DNA from: an uncultured Coriobacteriaceae bacterium
GTDB taxonomy: Bacteria > Actinomycetota > Coriobacteriia > Coriobacteriales > QAMH01
Direction of reading: 5' to 3'
Assembly: GCA_964388185.1 (NCBI GenBank)
Contig: CAYLYJ010000001.1
Location: 25,873 to 89,872, forward strand
Length of the DNA stretch: 64,000 bases
Under the pieces are notes generated by a model. The model was not told the origin of the DNA. It saw only the letters and a program-made list of their open reading frames with translations, and did not search any database. The position numbers were made by a program, and so were the translations under genes. Below, piece by piece: positions 61,808-64,000 of this stretch. The stretch's first letter is position 1; the number at the start of each line of letters is the position of its first letter.

Positions 61808-61832
61808 GCGACAGGGGTCAGGCCCCTGTCAC
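61808..61832 (+). repeat. REP variant
   Basis: GCGACAGGGG-TCAGG-CCCCTGTCAC; it ends 20 nt before the next gene's ATG. Confidence 0.85.
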
Positions 61833-61852
61833 ATGTGGAGGAAGCAGTTTCG

Positions 61853-64000
61853 ATGGAGCAGTCTGAAACGAAAGAACATGTGTTTCAGATTCACCGGTAC
61901 CGTGCAAAGCGGATCGGGATGCTGGCGCTCGCCCTTGTGTGTGCGCTGCTCTCCGTCGTTATCTTCGCTTACAATTTCGGATTAGGTGCGCGGAATCAAC
62001 AGGTAGCTGTGCAATATGTGCAGCCCGAGCAGGCTGCTGCCGATGTGTTGCTCGTCATGTCGTATGACGAGTCCGAAGTGGGGACTCCGCTCGCACGCGA
62101 TGGCGTGCTTGATGTGATGGGTCGATCCTCGGTGGCCGTCGATGTCGTGTATATGGACGCGTACAATGCGCCGCTCGGCAGTGACGCATACAATGCCTGG
62201 GTATCACAAGTTACGCAAAAGGTTGCACAACATGGGCAATACGATGCCATAATCGCTGCCGATGATGACGCGCTCTATTTCGTAGAGTACAACCATGACA
62301 AGCTGTTCCAGTCGACGCCGGTCGTGTTCTTCGGCGTCAACGACTATAACCATGCGCTGCATGCGACCTCGAGCGGGTACATGACGGGCATGGTCGAGCA
62401 GAACTACGTTGGTTCGGTCATGCAGGCTGTGACCAAGTTGCATCCAGATGCCACGGGCTTTCTGGTGATTGTGGACCAGACACCGGCCGGCATTGGCAAC
62501 AGGTCGCAGTTCGACCTGGCCATGCGTTCCTTCGAGGGGATGGATGTGCACTACTTGGACGCGTCGTATCTCACGCGCGATGAGCTGACGGCAGCCGTTG
62601 CGGGGGCCGAAGCGGGCAACATCGTCTTTTTGCTCGATGCCAACAATGACCTTAACGGCAACGTCTACACCTTGGAGGATAGTGTCGCGGCCATCACAAA
62701 CGCGAGCAACACGCCGGTATATCGCGCGGCAATGGGCGGCGTGGGCAACGGCATTGCCGGCTCGGGCTACCATGATGCCGAGGAGGAGGGCCGCAAGGCT
62801 GCCGAGATAACGATTACCGTCCTCAATGGCGCGCGACCGGCGGATATCCCACTTTCGCTCGACGGCGATCTGGGTTATGTGTTCGACCACAAGGTACTGA
62901 ACGACTATGGGCTGTCCTCGATTGGACTGCCTGCCGGAAGCGCAGTGATCAATCGGCAGATTCTATCGGTCGATACGCTCATACTACTTGCGCTACCAGT
63001 TGCCTTATTGGTCCTCGCGCTGTTGTTCTTCCGCACGGCACATCGCGCAGCACAACGTGAGGCAGTTTCTGCAGCTGCCGTTCAAACAACGGCATCTACG
63101 CTGGTAGATAAGCCCTTACCAACAGCTAATACACGACCTGCAATTGAAGCGCAACCTATTGCTCACCATGAGGAGGCCGATCAGTCGCCACAAGAGGAGG
63201 ATAAAACTGACTGCACCGGCTCTAGTGCAGACTCAACTATTGAGGCAGATGAAGCAAAAACTAATGGCACCATTAAAAACGTCGCGATTCATAAGGCGAC
63301 TCCACGTGATGTGATACGCAAGGACACGAGCGCGAAGCGCTCCGGACGCAGGAATGGCAGTACGCGGCGCGTGCATGGGTCGAACGGCAGCGAAGTGCGC
63401 TCGCTCGTGGGCATCGAGGTCATCAACTACGGAGATATCGTCGATTTGTACGGCAGCAAGGCGGGGGAGGAGACCCTGCGCGTCATCCGCAAGCGCCTTG
63501 AGGGCGTGGAGAACACTGCCTTTATACGCGCGCGTGAGCATGGCTTTCTTGTCGGGCTTGAGAACGAGGTCGTGCGCAGCTCGCCGGAGATCGAGTTCGT
63601 CGACTTCGTGCTACGTCAGCCGCTGAGCATCGAGGATAACGTCATCACGCTCAAGACCTGCGTAGGTGCGATGAACCGCCAGCGCAACATGAACGCCGAG
63701 GAGATGGAAGAGGGTGTCGATTTCGCGATCGAGCAGGCCAAGGAGCTCGGCTTCGTCAACTCCGTCATCTTCTACGACAGCAACATGCAACGCGCGATGG
63801 AGGAGCGCAGTAGAATCACCGCGCTGCTCGAGGATGCCATCGCCAAGGAGGACTTCAGCGTCTTCTACCAGCCGCAGATCGACCTGCGCGACAACGACGT
63901 GTCCGGATACGAGGCACTCGTGCGCCTGAAAGACAAGGAGTACCCGCCGGCACAGTTCATCCCCGTGGCGGAGATGACCGGGCTTATCGTGGATATCGAT
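61853..64000 (+). CDS. Membrane-bound signalling protein, 3'-partial: periplasmic substrate-binding-like domain, TM, degenerate GGDEF-like domain, EAL domain
   Basis: Not in the ORF track because it runs off the window. I translated it from ATG 61853 (MEQSETKEHVFQIHRYRAKRIGMLALALVCALLSVVIFAY...) and found no stop through 64000 (716 codons). It has a second TM helix (LILLALPVALLVLALLFF). A GGDEF-like fold has REHGF in place of GGDEF. The EAL domain begins FSVFYQPQIDLRDNDVSGYEALVRL...FIPVAEMTGLI. Confidence 0.8.
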   Translation, partial: MEQSETKEHVFQIHRYRAKRIGMLALALVCALLSVVIFAYNFGLGARNQQVAVQYVQPEQAAADVLLVMSYDESEVGTPLARDGVLDVMGRSSVAVDVVYMDAYNAPLGSDAYNAWVSQVTQKVAQHGQYDAIIAADDDALYFVEYNHDKLFQSTPVVFFGVNDYNHALHATSSGYMTGMVEQNYVGSVMQAVTKLHPDATGFLVIVDQTPAGIGNRSQFDLAMRSFEGMDVHYLDASYLTRDELTAAVAGAEAGNIVFLLDANNDLNGNVYTLEDSVAAITNASNTPVYRAAMGGVGNGIAGSGYHDAEEEGRKAAEITITVLNGARPADIPLSLDGDLGYVFDHKVLNDYGLSSIGLPAGSAVINRQILSVDTLILLALPVALLVLALLFFRTAHRAAQREAVSAAAVQTTASTLVDKPLPTANTRPAIEAQPIAHHEEADQSPQEEDKTDCTGSSADSTIEADEAKTNGTIKNVAIHKATPRDVIRKDTSAKRSGRRNGSTRRVHGSNGSEVRSLVGIEVINYGDIVDLYGSKAGEETLRVIRKRLEGVENTAFIRAREHGFLVGLENEVVRSSPEIEFVDFVLRQPLSIEDNVITLKTCVGAMNRQRNMNAEEMEEGVDFAIEQAKELGFVNSVIFYDSNMQRAMEERSRITALLEDAIAKEDFSVFYQPQIDLRDNDVSGYEALVRLKDKEYPPAQFIPVAEMTGLIVDID

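Noticed and set aside
62204-63541. Minus-strand ORFs 62204..62890 and 63233..63541
   Set aside because: They lie antisense to the well-supported EAL-domain sensor gene, which I translated from 61853 with no stop through the window end.
1-64000. rRNA, tRNA, integrase/prophage or conjugation genes
   Set aside because: I saw no cloverleaf-like or rRNA-like conserved sequences, and no tyrosine/serine recombinase, relaxase or phage structural motifs while reading the six-frame track. Absence is by inspection only, not by a dedicated search.

Overview
High-GC, Gram-positive-like window, probably a Coriobacteriia-type Actinomycetota; that placement is inferred from composition and protein families only. 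About 47 of the 64 kb encode very large surface repeat proteins built from Listeria-Bacteroides (Flg_new-type) repeats and MucBP-like beta-sandwich modules. These are: a 5'-truncated gene with more than 9,000 codons in the window (1-27035); a 1,575-aa membrane-anchored neighbour (27159-31886); and an uninterrupted 5,195-codon ORF (46072-61659). The last looks like two genes fused by absence of a stop codon: a sorting-signal-like C-terminus at ~58.0 kb and a second signal peptide at ~59.1 kb, with two palindromic repeat elements lying in frame between them. Between the adhesin loci sits a visibly AT-richer ~14-kb accessory island (31.9-45.95 kb). Every gene module in it is individually bracketed by copies of one 25-nt perfect palindrome, GTGACAGGGG-CCTGA-CCCCTGTCAC (more than 30 copies in the window). 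The modules are a PD-(D/E)xK-like small nuclease, a JAB-like operon, a nucleotidyltransferase pair, an IS200/RAYT-type HUH transposase, four COG1373/DUF4143-type AAA+ ATPases, a DUF3800-like ORF, higBA and an orphan AbrB-type antitoxin. My leading candidate for an undescribed system is this RAYT plus REP population arranged as an integron-like, REP-delimited cassette array. That reading is a hypothesis, not a demonstration. Other unexplained signals are: three REP-spacer-REP composite elements with a conserved 104-107-nt spacer; gene-specific tandem repeats upstream of three ATPase genes, each cut off by a half-REP; an array of AGCGCGGAA motifs in the 1-kb gene-less leader of the 46-kb giant gene; an eight-fold G-A-H-x-V motif tail after the membrane anchor; and REP-like sequence inside coding DNA. 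A 3'-truncated EAL-domain sensor gene ends the window. No rRNA, tRNA, CRISPR array or integrase was seen. All family calls rest on motif reading by eye; no database search was run.
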